64,000 bases of DNA, from assembly GCA_013239625.1 (NCBI GenBank), contig MU054413.1, positions 1,364,001-1,428,000 of the forward strand. The letters run 5' to 3'. Below the pieces are notes generated by a model. It made no database searches. It saw only the letters and a program-made list of their open reading frames with translations, and was not told the origin of the DNA. Positions 1 through 13,189 of the stretch are shown here, piece by piece. A program made the position numbers and the translations under genes. This DNA comes from Lama guanicoe. Lineage: Eukaryota. Each line of letters starts with the position of its first letter. Position 1 is the stretch's first letter.

Positions 1-371
1 TTTTGTCATTTCCAAATTGAGGCGGTTTTATTTCTTTCTTTCCAATCTCTACGCTGTTTATTTCCTTTTCTTGCCTTGATTTTACTGGCTAGAACTTCTA
101 CCACTGTATTGAATAAGATGTGTGAAAGCGGACATCCTCACTTTGCTCCTGGGCTTAGGGAGAAACCATTCAGTTTGTTACCTTTAAGTATAATCTTAGC
201 TATAAGTTTTTGTGGATGCTCTTTGTCAAGTTAACTAAGTTCCCCTCTATTCCTGTTTTTCTGAGAATTTGTATATTACGAATGTGTGTTGGGCTTTATC
301 AAATGCTTTTTCTACATCAATTGCTATGATCATGTGATTTTTATTCTTTAGTCTGCCCAGACTGTGGATTA

Positions 372-868
372 TATTGACTGAGGAAATACGGACAACCTAC
401 AAGTTCCAAGTTATGTTTTATTCAGGGACCTCACCGAGGCCTGTAGCCTGGGAGACAGCCTCTTAGATATTTCTGAGGAGCTGCTCTGAAGAGGTAAGGG
501 AGGAGCCAGGATACATACGAGTTTTGCTGGAAACAGAATAAAACAAAACAAAAACATATAGTTGAACGTCAAAAGATTACTGCTATTCACAAAAACCAGA
601 CATCTCCAGTTAACAATTTTATTGCTTTTCTATGTACGGGAAGATGGAAGAGTCTGGGCTCTTTGAAATTATTCCTTGGATATGCATCTTAACAATTTAG
701 AGCCAAGATCTTGTTTTTCTTCACCCTGAATTGCCCTCAGGGTGCCCCAAGGGGGAGGTGGCAGCTGCAGTGGCTGATGGCTTGATGGCGGGCAACATTT
801 GTTGTTTACTGGAATAGCAGGCAACTTTCTCTGTTTGCTGACGTGGCAGGTGACATTCTTTGTCTGCA
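372..868 (-). mobile_element. Solo ERV1-type LTR (MER41-like) inserted in L1
   Basis: Interrupts L1 text, is flanked by a 4-bp direct repeat ATTA (368-371, 869-872) and ends in CA. Family name is from recalled similarity. Confidence 0.65.
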
Positions 869-1624
869 ATTACATTGATGGACTTTCCCGTATTAACCAG
901 CCTTGTATCCCTGGGAGTAAACTCTTGATGATTTTTTTGTGTGTAATTGTTTTTAAGTATTGTTGATTTCTATTCACTGATATTCTGTTAAGAACTTTTG
1001 CATCTATATTCATGAGATATATTGGTCTGTAGTTTTCTTGTCTTGCCTTTGTCTGGTTTTGGTGTCAAGATACTGATAGCTTTATAAAATAAATTGAGAA
1101 GTCTTCCCTCCTTTTCTATGGCGTAGAAGAGATTGCATAGAATTGGTGTTAGTTCTTCTTTAAACATTTGGTAGAATCTTCTGGGTCTGGAGATTTCTTT
1201 TCTGGGAAATCTTCAATTATAAATTCAATCTCCTTAATAGTTGTAGGGCTAGCCAAATGATGTGTTTCATATTGGATGCATTGTAGCAGTTTGTGCTTTT
1301 TGGAACTGGTAAAATTCAAGTTGTGAAACTCATGTGTGTAGAGTTGTGTATAGTGTTCCCGTATTACACTTTTGCTCTCTGCAGAGTCTGGAGTGACATT
1401 CTTGTTTCATTCCTGATATTGGTCATTTGCATCTTCTTTCTTTTACTCTTTGTCAGTCTTATTAGAGTTTTGTCAATTTTACTGACCTTAAAAAAACTCT
1501 TTGTTTTATGGATGTTTTGTGTTATTTTTCTGTCTTCAATTTCATTGATTTCTGCTTTTTATCTTTATAATCTCCTTCCTTCTGCTTTTTTCAGTTTATT
1601 TTGCTCTTCCATTTATAGATTCTT

Positions 1625-1791
1625 TTTTGTCATTGTTTGGGTTTTGGGGTTTTTTGGTGAGGAGGGGGTAATTAGGTTTGTTTGTTTGTTTATTTATTTA
1701 TTTATTTTTTAATGGAGATACTGGGGATTAAACCCAGGACCTCTAGCATGTTAGGCATTCACTCTACCACTGAGCTATACCCTCCTGCCCA
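1625..1791 (-). mobile_element. tRNA-derived SINE (camelid-type)
   Basis: Reverse complement has an A-box/B-box tRNA head and an A-rich tail. Near-identical flanks catttatagattctt (1610-1624) and catctgtagattctt (1792-1806). Confidence 0.85.
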
Positions 1792-1834
1792 CATCTGTAG
1801 ATTCTTCAGGTGAGAGCTTAGATAAATGAGCTTT

Positions 1835-2545
1835 TAAAAATTGAGATTGTAATTGACATATAATATTAAATTTATTTCAAATCTACAACATAATGATTTA
1901 ACACACCTAGATATTGCAAAATGATCACCCCAATAAGTCTATTCAACATCAATCACCACACATAGTTACAGTTTTTGTGTGTGTGATGAGAACTTTTAAG
2001 ATCTACCCTCTTAACAACTCCCAAATACACAATACAGTATTATTAACTAGAGTCTCCATGCTGTAAGTTACATCCCCATGATTTATTTATTTTATAACTG
2101 GAAATCTGTACCTTTTGACTGCCTTCAACCATTCTGCCCACTCTCCAACCCCCACCTCTGGCAACCACCAATCTGTTCTCTGTATCCATGACTTTGCCTT
2201 TTGTTTGTTTGTTTTAGATTCCACATGTAAGTGAGATCATAGAGTATTTGTCTTTCTTTGTTTGACTTATTTCACTTAGCATTATGCCCTCCAAGTCCAT
2301 CTACATTGTAGCAAATGGCAGAATTTTCTTCTTTATATGTGGTTGAATAATATTCCCTTGTATTTCATATATATGTATATACCACATTTTCTTTATTTAT
2401 TCATCCATAGATGAACACTTGAGTTGTTTCCATGTCTTGGCTGTTGTAAATAATGCTGCAGTGAAAATGAGGGTGCAGATATCTTTTCGAACTAATGTTT
2501 TATTTCCTTTGAATAAATACCCAAAAGTGGAATTGCTCAATCCTA
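1835..2545 (-). mobile_element. L1 3' end fragment (L1MA-like) nested in older L1
   Basis: Typical antisense L1 3'UTR text 'tagattccacatgtaagtgagatcatagagtatttgtcttt...gacttatttcacttagcattatgccctcc'. Confidence 0.8.
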
Positions 2546-3137
2546 TGACAGTTCTATTAACTGCATGCTGTTTTCCACGCTGCTTCTTTTCTAATGAATG
2601 CATTTTATGTTATCAATTTCCCTCTCAGGACTGTTTTAGCTGTGTGTCATGTATTTTCATATGCTGTATTTTTATTTTCATTTAGTTAAATGCATTTAAA
2701 AAATTTCCCTCAAGATTTCCCTTTTGACTCATGGATTATTTAGAAGTGTTCCACTTAGTTTCCAAGTGTTTGGAGATTTTCATGTTATCTTTCTGCTGTC
2801 AATTTCTAATTTGATTCCACTGTGGTCAGAGAACATACTCTATGATTTTAATTATTTTAAACTTGTTGAATCTTGTTTTATGGCCCAAGTATAATCTATC
2901 TTGGTAAATGTTCTGTGACCACTTGAAAAGAAAGAAAATGTATTCCGCTGCTGGTGGGTGGCATGTTCTATAAATGTTGATTAGATATGTAGTTTGACAG
3001 TGTTGAGTTCCTCATCATCCTGGATACATTTCTGTCTAGCTGTGCTCTAATTATTGAGAATGAGGTATTGAAGTTTCCAAATACAGTTCTGCATTTTTCT
3101 AGTCCTGTCATGTCTCTCAGTATTTTTTAAGTTTATT

Positions 3138-3282
3138 TATTGTTTTTATTTATTTTTTGGTGGAGAGAGATAATTAGGTTTATTTAGTATTTATTTATTC
3201 TTAGAAGACATAGTGGGGATTGAACCCAGGACCTCATGCATGCTATGCATGCGCTCTACCACTTGAGCTATACTCTCCCCCC
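3138..3282 (-). mobile_element. tRNA-derived SINE (camelid-type)
   Basis: 'ggggattgaacccaggacctcatgcatgctatgcatgcgctctaccacttgagctata' with a T-rich tail on the left. Confidence 0.85.
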
Positions 3283-4799
3283 AGGTTTATTGATGTTCAC
3301 TTCACATATTTGAAGCTCTGTTGTTTGGTGCATACACATTTAGGACTGCTGTGTCTTTTGAGGAGATTTACACTTTTATCATTGTATAAAATTCTTCTCT
3401 GAAAATTTTCTTTGCTCTGAAATCTACTTTATCTGACCTTAATAGAGCCACTCCTGTTTCCTTTGATTAATTTTTCCTCCATCCCCTGTATTCTTCTGTT
3501 GAGCCCATCCACTGACTTTTTTAGTTATATATTTTTGAGTTCAGAAATTTCCATTTTTTCCTTAATATATTCTATTTCTTTAATGAGGTTTTGTAATTAT
3601 TTTCATTTGTTTCAAGCATGTTTCTAATTGCTTATTGAAATATTTTCATCATGGCTAATTTAAAATCCTTATCTGATAATTCTATCCTCTTTCTCATCTT
3701 GGTGTTGGCATGTATTGATTGTCCTTTTTTCATTTAGTTTGAGATCTTCCTGGTCCTTTGTAAATGGTTTTCAATTGAAACTTGGACATTTTCATACTCT
3801 GTTATGTGTCTATGGACCTTTCTTAAATCTATTTAATCTGGCTTCCTCTGGCAAGGGAGGATTGGCACCTCCTCATTACTTACGGGTAGAGGAAGAAGGT
3901 CAAGTTCTCCATCCAGCCTCTGCTGACAACCAAAGTGGGGAGAAGCCCCCACGTTGCTGTCAGGTGGAGGAGAATGTCCAGGTTCTCAGCGTGAAGTCCA
4001 ACGATGCCATAGTGGCCATAGTGGGGGTGGTCTCATAACGCGTAGGCACTAGTGAAAGTCATGACTCTCCACTTTGCCTCCTTTGTCACCATTGCAGCAG
4101 AGAGAAGAAAGGATTTGTCATTGCCAAGTAGAGGTGAGAGTGCAGGTTCCCAGCATGGTCTCCACTGACACTCTGGGGTGGGGTTCATTACTAGGGATTG
4201 ATTTAGTTGAGGATGAAAGTTCTCGCTCCCTACTAGACTTTCAGAGGCTTTGGGGGGCATTGTTACAGCCTCATAAGAGTCTGGACTCCCCATATGGTTT
4301 CTCCTGGTGAAGATGGAGAAAGGCACCACAATTTTTTTCCATGGTATTTAATTAAAGTGAGCTAGTCACTGTCTAAATGTTCTCTGTCTTGCTAAGCTGC
4401 ACTTTTCCTGTTAATTTGGCTAGAGAGAGCAGGTTTTTATTGGGGCTCTGTGTTTTTCCTTCACTAATTGTCGAGCCTGGGCTGCTGGCTTCTTTAGCTT
4501 CAAATCTATAATATATGAGGCAAAGCAAACCGAGGGAACAAACTGCCGTTATTTCTTGGTCCTGAGGTCTCCAGGCAGTCTTCCTCCTCTCCAGCTTTTA
4601 GTTGTTTTCTTATGTTTATTTTATATATAATGTCTTGGGTTTTTAGTTACACTTGGCAGGAAAAACAAAGAATAGTCTGTCTATTCCAATTTCCTGAAAG
4701 CAGAAATTCTCTCATTGTGGTTTAAATTTGCATTTCCCTGATGCCTAATGAGGTTGAACATCTTCTCATGTGCTTATTTGTAATCCTCTTCAGTGAAAT

Positions 4800-5940
4800 T
4801 CAACTTTTATTTGAAAGCCTCTTTAGTCTCGTCATTCTTTTTAATCTTCTGACCTTCCCACTTCCTCCCCTGCTAATCTCAGATTTCCTCCTTCACAAAG
4901 AAAACTAAAGTCATCAAGTGGGAATTTCCTTAAATTTCTGCCAATAGACCCGCACACATATCCAGATCTCCCTCCCTGCACACCTTCTCTCCTCCTGCAC
5001 GAGTCCTACCTTCTTCCTCTTCTCAGAATCCTACACTGTCAGTTATTACTTCTCTCTCCTCTGTGTCCAACCGTTCCTTCTCAATAGAGCTTTCCCATTA
5101 ACGCTTACGTTTGCCCAAGCCTCATCCTTCTTAAACAAGAGTACACAGAACTCCCTTCTCTCTCCCATATTACCTTATTTCTCTTTTTCGCCTCACAGTT
5201 AAAATTCCTAAAATAATCTCCTGTATTTCCAATCTGGCTTCCGTTCTCTTCCCTTCACTGAAACGGTTCTTGCTCAGGTCAACAATGGCCACCAAGCCAC
5301 CAAATCCCATATACATTTCTCCATCCTTGCTTTACTTAATCATTCTTTCTTTCTTGAAATACTCACTTCCCTGTACTTCTGGATACCCCTACTCCAGGTT
5401 TTATCCCCATTACTCTGAATACTCATTCTGTCTCCTTTCAGGACTTTTCTTCCCCCATCAGGCCATTAAACATACTGGATTTTCTCAAGTCTCTGTTGAG
5501 GCTCGTTTCTCTTCTTCACGTATAAACCCTTCCCTGAGAAATCTCGTTTAGGACCGCAGCTTTAGTTATCAACTCTGTAGGAAAGACTGCACATCTCCGT
5601 CCCCAACCAGACTCCTCTGAGTTCCAAACCCTTATATTCAATCACCCTCTCTTCATCACCACTTGGCTATCACACAAGCATTTCACCCACAACAATCCCA
5701 GGCTGAACTCATAATCTTCCCCCATAAACCCAGCCACCTTCCAGTTCTTCCCTCCATTTCCATTGCCACCATCACGGTCCAAGTTACCACCATATTTTCC
5801 CTGGATGTCCATAAATAGCCTTTAACTGGTCCTCTGCATCCACTCTTCCTAATTAAGACCCTGTGCCAGAATGTCAAAATATAAATTAGATCATGTTAGC
5901 CCATGCTTAACTCCCTTTGATGCTTTCCAATTGCATTTAA
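4800..5940. mobile_element. Decayed L2 LINE fragment
   Basis: Pyrimidine-rich L2-like text ('cctggatgtccataaatagccttttaactggtcctc', 'aaattagatcatgttagccc'). Boundaries approximate. Confidence 0.6.
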
Positions 5941-5954
5941 AGTCCAAAATCTTT

Positions 5955-6162
5955 CCCCCTTCTTAACAGAGGCACTGGGGGTGGAACCTAGGACCTCATG
6001 CATGCCAAGCATGTGCTCTACAACTGAGCTATAACCTCCACCCAAAAGTTTAATTTTTTTTTTTAGCTTTTGTTGTTGTTGTGTTTAGTGGAGGTATTAG
6101 GGATTGAACCCAGGACCTCAGGCATGCTAAGCATGCACTCTACCACTGAGCTACACTCAACG
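5955..6162 (-). mobile_element. Two tandem tRNA-derived SINE monomers
   Basis: Two copies of the SINE head (~5965-6040 and ~6088-6160) flanked by caaaatcttt at 5945-5954 and 6163-6172. Confidence 0.85.
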
Positions 6163-9100
6163 CAAAATCTTTAAACTGACCTATGTGGTCTGGCCAGTGC
6201 CTCCTGTCCAACCTCAGTTTATATCATTCCTTCCCTTTCATTTGTTACTTCAACCCCAATGGCCTTAGAGCAATGCCTTCTTTCTCATCTCACAAACACT
6301 GCCAACTAAAAGGGTGTGACTTTCCCAAGCCTCAGCAATACTAAGGTTCAGAGTCAGTGAGGGGTGAGGACAATTCCTGTTGTAAAGATGAACGCTCCTT
6401 CCTCCAGGACCTAGGTTAGGACTCTGCTCCTCCCAACCCGTCTCCAGATCTATCCTCCATCCGTGGTGCTCCTTGGATGCTTCCAGCACTGTTTGTTGTT
6501 CTGTACTCTGTGCCCATTCAGATCAATGCACAGCCTAATGGATCCTGGCGTTGGGCCATGGTGTCCTCAGCGGCATTGCTTTTATGGCACACAGCCATGG
6601 TGCAAGCACAGTGTTTGGCAAAGCCATGCTACAAGGCACAGGATAATGCCCCTCACACCCTGACATTCAGCCCCTAGCACACCCCCTCCCCCATCCCCAT
6701 GGGCAGACTCTCTCCCACCCTGATCCAGCCTCAAACACGGGGAAGATGTGAAAATTCTCATGCAAGCTGTCTCTTAGATTTTGATTTTAAAATAACTATG
6801 AAACAATGTATTCGGTTGTAGGAGAAACTTCCACTGAAGAGAGGGTGGACAAACAGGGGCTGGAGGATTTCGTGTGTGACGTAAAGCCGTGTAGAGGAAA
6901 GGAAGGCACTGGGAAGAAATATCAGCGTGTGAAGTGGGACCTTGCAGCTCTGGTGAGGCATTGCTTTGGAGAAGGACTGTGAGTCAGGCATATTTCAGAG
7001 ACTTGAGAGCTAGGAAGAGGAGAACTTATATCACTCCCTCAGGGAAGCCCTCCTGGATCCTCCTGTAGCTCTTGGCTTTCCTCTGCCGCACTTTCAATTT
7101 CCACACCATAAAACTGAGCTATATGGTGAGATATATATTATTCCATTATTTCTGCTGACATCTTATCGCATTTTGAATCAACTTTTATCGTAGCACTTGT
7201 AACAAATGATAAGGTATGACTTGCTTTATTTTCTTGCTAGGCTGTGGACTCCTAGAGGGAAAGGATTGTGTCTTATTCACCTTCTTGTTTTCACCTCCAG
7301 AACAAAGCCAGGTGCTTGATAAATACCAGGCTGTTTTTGAAGGAATGAGCAAGTGAACGCCAAAGAAGGGAACCCCTGATGACAAGTTTGTGTTCTCTTG
7401 TGATGCTGCGACTTGATTTCTTAATCCTAGAGAATTTTAGAAAAACTATTCTTGCATTTGTATCTCAATAGTTCTGGGGTTTTCCACCCCAACTGTGTCA
7501 CTTATTAATAGTGTTCTAAGTCAGTTTTTAATAATTGTTTAGAACCTCAGTTTTCTCATATATGCCAAGTGGATAATAATACCTAAGATCACAATATCGT
7601 GATCCTAGTGTGGCTCAGAGGATTACATGAGATGACGCAGGTAAAGCCCAGAGCGCGGTGTCAAACAATGCTGCTCATAATTATAAGTGTTTATTCTTCC
7701 TGCCTTTCCTAACTCCAGGGAGCCCTTTAATCATTTCCTGTTTAACTTAAGCAAGGGTTTGGCAAATGCACCTGCCAACAGCAGCTGAAGAATAATAGTA
7801 TCTTTCGTGCTCTGATGTCTGAGTTTCCACCAAGGTATTCTCTGAAATGCAGGCAGGCAGAACAACCATGGTGCTCCATCCGTGGGACTCATGCCCTGGC
7901 AGGACTCTGAACAGGGAACACCTGCCTCCTTGTGGGGCTGGCCAGGTGCGGAGAGACGGTGAGGGCAGCTTTCCTGGGGGCACAGGAGGCTGTAAAGCTG
8001 GGGGAAGGTGGCAACCCCAGGACTTACCTAGCAAGGGAAGCAACCTACAGACTCCTAGAAAGCAAAGCAGAGGGGTCCTCAGTCCTTTCAGGATGATGGT
8101 CCAGGGCAGGAAGACTGGGGACAATTTATGCTGGGATCTCTCTAACTTGCATACCCTCCTTGGTATGGTTTTTCTCCAAACAACCACCCCCTCAAAAAAC
8201 AAAAAACAAAAAACTCCAAATCAACCATCTCAGGTTTTTTTAAACTTTGGAAACAAATGATATAATCCAAACCCCTTATTTAAATGAGAATGCAGACCAG
8301 AACAATTTGGTGACCCACCCAAGGTCAGACGGGAAGGAAATAGCAAAGCTGGAACTCCAAGGTAGGTGTTGTTCCGACTGGGAGTCCAAGGTTCTTTTCC
8401 ACCTTACCTGCGACCACCCTGTTAAGTCACCTCCCAAAGCACCTGGAAAGACATCTGAGCACGTGCAGTCTTGAGTCATGTACCTATGTCATCTCCAAGA
8501 AGAGTTTATCTGACCATAGGTACTTGGATCTGCAGGGTTTAGAGGCATGATTTAGAATCAAGAGGGTGGGGTTCGAACGCAGACACTGGTATCATCAGTT
8601 ATCCTGTGGGAATCTCAGTTTTTCATTAAAAAAAAGTGAGGCTCCAAATCCCTCTTCTGCTTCCCTCTTTTGTTTGTTCTAAGGATCACAGAAATAAAAG
8701 ACCTGAAAACGTTTTTTAATTCTACTTTTTCCCAATCCTCATGTTCACGAAGATGCTCCATGTATTATTCCCCTAGTAGCAGAATCCTGATGCTTGCGGT
8801 TTTATTTGGTTTGCAGACTCACTGGCCTTAAACCTCTCATCAGAATCCCAGGGCACTCTTCCCCTCGTGCTGGTTCCTGGGCTGTCTAGAGAGACTGTGC
8901 CAAGGCTGGGAGTTTGCCACTCTGTCCCCACATCTAGATGATGCTTCGTGATGTGGGTGACTCCATCCAGGACAACTTCTTTTCGCTCCTGCTCATATTT
9001 CCAAATGCTCACTGGATTCAGATACCTGAGTATTTAAGAAGCATCTATATTTATTTCCCTCAAACCTCTCTGTCTTTCTCATCTTAGCACATGACACCTC

Positions 9101-9169
9101 CAAAAACCTAGGCATCATCCTTGAGTTCTCCGATACCTTCAAACCTTACATAGTTCCCATGGTGGAAAT

Positions 9170-9765
9170 TGTAATTTTCTCCTCAACATCTATACTGTTC
9201 TCCCTCACTGTGTAGCACCTATGCCATTTGGTCAAGACTGACCACACCCACACCTTCATTGGTCCAAGCCAACTAAGGTAATCTCATCCTCTTACCCATT
9301 GTGATAATTTCCAGTAACTCCCATCTAAGCTAATCAGTCCATTGGCAGTAGAGATATAATGGGGGTTTTAAGCCATCTATCTGATCCATTCTCCTGGCAA
9401 CAGGGGTTGGTTCAAAGATGGCTCAATCAATCCCAAGATCAAGATTTTTGACTTATGATTGCTGGAAATAATGCTTGTTCCTCCTCCATGTAAATGGAGT
9501 CATATTGCAAACACATATGTATTTGCTCTTGAAGTCCTCTTGAAGTCAGCATACAGATAAATGGACACATAAGGGTGGGAGAGAGATGGGGCAGGACCAA
9601 GAATTATAGAAAAATAAGGCTAGAGCCTTGATCAGACCTCGCCTGAAACCTGCCTCTGTCGCAATTTTCAATTGTGTAAGTCTGTAAGTTGCCCTTATAT
9701 TCTGAAAACAGTCGAATAACATTGTATTTTCTGTTTCCTGAACTCAAAAGCATCCAAAGTGATAA
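9170..9765. mobile_element. Old ERVL/LTR16-like LTR within L2 remnants
   Basis: Recalled similarity ('gatcagacctcgcctgaaacc...aattttcaattgtgtaagtc...aaaagcatccaaagtgata'). Approximate. Confidence 0.45.
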
Positions 9766-9834
9766 ACTTATTCAAACTACTAGCAAATCCTGTCGCATCT
9801 GCTTCCAAAACCACATACCACATTTGTTTACTTC

Positions 9835-9862
9835 TCACCATCACCACCACCATCACCACCAT
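9835..9862 (+). repeat. (CAC/CAT)n microsatellite
   Basis: caccatcaccaccaccatcaccaccatc. Confidence 0.85.
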
Positions 9863-10503
9863 CCCAGGCCTAGGCAATAGCACCTCTAGCCTGGACTATT
9901 GTAACAACCCTATTTCACTTTTCTACTTCCACGGTTGGCCCCTCTTCTGTAGTCTCCACACAGCAGCCAGAGCAATCAGTTAAAAATGGAAATCAGATCT
10001 GCTTACTTTCCTGATTAAAACCTTTCAAAGGTTTTCATTAGCTCTTAAAATAAAACCTAAAAGCTGGAGCCCTGTTGGATGTGGCTCCTGCATCTCCTAT
10101 TGCTGCTCCTTGACTTCATCTGCTCCAGCATCATGAATCTTTATTTCCTTTTCCCACCTGCTGTTCCCTCTGCCTAGAATGCTTTTCCCTGCTCTCAACC
10201 TGTCTGCCTTATTCTCATCCTTTAAGTCACAGCTCAAATATCACCACCTCAGACCTGTCTTTTCTGACCACCTCTCCCTGTCACTTCCTATCTTATCCCT
10301 TGTTTATCTCCTTACTCAGCACAATTTGTAATGATCTATTTTATACACTTGCTTATTGTCTTAGAATGTAAACTGCTAGTGAGGACCTTGACTAGACGTC
10401 TTGTTTAAACTGTGTCCTGATATAATTAGGCTGACTAAGTATTTGTAGACTGAACCCAAGAGCAGCTTAGCCACAGAAAATCCAGTAGGGAACTATTCCT
10501 AGA

Positions 10504-10534
10504 GCGCCACCCCGTGGTGGGATGAGGCACAGCA
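10504..10534 (-). promoter_or_regulatory. Candidate CTCF site with upstream (U) motif
   Basis: Minus strand TGCTGTGCC-N8-CCACGGGGTGGCGC; the core has 2 mismatches to CCASYAGRKGGCRS. Confidence 0.5.
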
Positions 10535-10886
10535 TGGAGGTCTGAATCGTCTGGCGGTTGAGAGATAAGGAACACCCTTGTCGGCTGCTGGGAAGGGAAA
10601 GCCAGCTAGCTGCGACCAGGGGTCAGAGGGCTTCACTTGGAAGCTTGTTAGAAATGCTGACTCTCGGTGCCACCTCAGACTTACTGAATCACAGCGTGCA
10701 CTTAATGAGATCCCAGGTGATTCGTGTGCCCCTTAGGGTTTGAGAAGACCCCTCTCACCATCTGCATCTGCACTGCCATCACTGAAGCCTGAAAATCTCT
10801 GGGCGGGGTGTCAGGAGCCAGGCTCTCCCAGCACTGTGTGGCCTTAAGGAGAATCTTCAGCATCTTCATGCCTTTGTCTTTCCATC

Positions 10887-11598
10887 AGTTACAAGACCTG
10901 ACCCTATTATCTTGTTGAGGATATCACGGTGATAAAACAGAAAGCCTTAGGCTGAGACTCTACGGTCGGGTCTCTGGTCTTTGGGATTTGGGGGGAACTA
11001 ATAAGACATAGATGAGAGCAAGCCATAGGACAAGGTAGGTGTTTGTAATAAAGAAATAGACTTCTAGAGAGAGATATATATGCATATATGTGTGTGTATA
11101 ATATATCCATATATAATATATCCTCATGTATAATATATTCAGCAAAGAATGGTCTCAGAGATGACTCAGAGTAAATCTCAGCTAAATCACTCTTCATAAT
11201 GAGGTGGAAAGCCCCATGGAAAGACCAGCAGGACCCCCAGGCCGAGCCATTACTTTCCCGCCAGCGCCATCTGGTTCCCTGGCCCGGTGGCATTATCTCG
11301 CTTTTGTGCTTCTGTAAAAGGGCCTGCTTCTAGGAAAATGAAACTTACCCCTAAAATTCCACTGGTTCCCCAAAGCTCGCTCCTGATTGGTCCATTTCTA
11401 ACATCTTATTTGCATATGGCACAAACTTAATTGAAACCTAAAACTCTATAAAATCCTGTGTAAACCTACAGATGGGATCCAGAGCTTGGAGTGTTAACTC
11501 CTCTGGGCCCGCCAGCATGATAAACCTGAGTTCTCCAACCCTCCGAGTGTCGCTTGGTTTCTTGATGGGATCCAGGTTGCTATAACATTGCTGTAACA
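10887..11598 (+). mobile_element. Solo ERV1/gamma-like LTR
   Basis: Inverted termini (a)gttaca...tgtaaca, U3-like ATTGG box, octamer ATTTGCAT 11408-11415, TATAAAA 11447-11453 and R/U5-like tail. It interrupts a MIR-like sequence; no clean TSD. Confidence 0.7.
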
Positions 11599-11639
11599 AT
11601 AAAATGAGTATCCGTAACCCCCAGCCCTTACCCCCAATC

Positions 11640-11975
11640 TATGGTTCTTATTCCTGGCCTCAGAATGGAATCATCTAAGAGCCTTTAAAAGCCCCAAACC
11701 CAGGCAGCCCTTCAGACCGATCACATCAGAGTCTCTGGGAGGGACCCAGACATCGTAATCCATAAAGCTTCACTGTGCTTCTCAAGCTTTAAGATGCGCA
11801 CAGATGGCCTTGGCGGAGGGTCATTTAAAAAGCACATTTGGATTCAAGAGCTCTGGGGTGGGGCCTGGGGCTCTGCATTTCTAACGAGCACCCAGATGCT
11901 TCTGATCGAGGGACTACTTTGATTCATCAGACCCCAAAATAATTCAAAGGTGCAGACAAGTTTGAGAATATGCCT
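11640..11975. mobile_element. MER5-like hAT DNA transposon remnants
   Basis: 'ctctggggtggggcctggggctctgcatttctaacgagcacccagatg' and 'caagtttgagaa' resemble MER5A/B. Confidence 0.6.
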
Positions 11976-13189
11976 TTGAGGATGTTGTGTAGAATTAAAC
12001 AAGGTCACAGATGTGACACATATTGCATGTATTTGTCACTCAATCATCATAATTCTCCTGTACACCCCTTTCTTGAGTGAGTGATACTAAAAATCAGGGG
12101 ACAGCAAGGAATAGTCTATGAGGTTCCCATGGAGCAAATCTAATATTTATTGAACACCCATCATGTACTATGTGCTTTAAAATATGCCACCCCAATGAGG
12201 CAATTTTGGTGGGAGTGGCACAAATTCAGAGGTAATAAACTTGCTCAAACTTGGTCACACATTGAATAAAAGGCCAGTCCTGGACTCACGCCCAGGTCGT
12301 TCCAATACTCACACCTAAGTGCCTTCCAAGCTGCCACGCTGCCTCTCACCTAGACAAGCCAAGGACTTGCATGTGTTTTGGCAGCTGCAGAGGGAAGGGC
12401 AGCTGGGCGGAGGACGCCTTGCAGGGAGACAATGGAGGCTATTGTAGGAGCAGCTGCAGGGACAGACAGAGGGAGGGAGGAACAGGTGTGGGGGGTCAGG
12501 GCCAGGGAACAGCTTAAGAAGGGAGCAACAAGTTACCTCAACAGAGAGGAGCGGGAAGATTGAAAGGCTGTGATCTTCGCCTTCACCCAGGGCTTTTCCC
12601 GGACTCCTTCCCTTAGAAATGTTACCATCACTAAATGCCATTTACTGCACCTCTGCAGAGGCTTGGGCTGCTTCTCCAGCCACAGGACTTGAAATGCCCT
12701 CCTGTCCTGCACATCACAGTTTACAGTGTGTTTCCACAGGTAAGATCAGCCTGGCACCTCCACTTTGCAATCCAAGTCAGAAAAATTCAGGGACTGTCCC
12801 AACTTCTCACGATTAGACAGAGGCAAAAGCCAGACCAGAATTCCTAACCAAATCCTATGCATGGGAAGACTTTGAAGGTTTACATCTGGCTGGACTTTCA
12901 ATGGCTGTTCTGTCGGCAGAGAAAAGGGGGTCCCTACAGGGCCATCGGGGAGTCCTCAGGACAAGGGGCGTGCAATTCCGTTCCGTTCCGGGAGAGATGT
13001 GGAAATCACATCCTGATGTGAAGTAGAAAACAACTAGATGTCAGGCTACTGTAGCAACAGTAGAAAAGAAAGCTTGTTGAGGATCCTGCAGGGATCTGTC
13101 GGGGAACCCCCAGGCTCTTCAGAAAGCGACGCCCCCTCGACTCCGCCCCAGGGCTGGACGCGCAGGATAAATGAATCATTGAGTTAGCA

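Larger units (their letters stand above)
1..4700 (-). mobile_element. Old L1 (LINE-1) fragments, antisense, interrupted by younger insertions
   Basis: T-rich L1-antisense-type text (e.g. 'aaatgctttttctacatcaattg', 'ttgattccactgtggtcagagaacatactc'), heavily decayed. Boundaries approximate. Confidence 0.8.

Noticed and set aside
1293-1712. 139-aa hydrophobic ORF
   Set aside because: Antisense reading of T-rich L1 plus a SINE tail; the Phe/Leu/Ile bias is compositional.
9689-9880. ORF with a poly-His tract
   Set aside because: Translation of a (CAC)n microsatellite within L2/LTR remnants.
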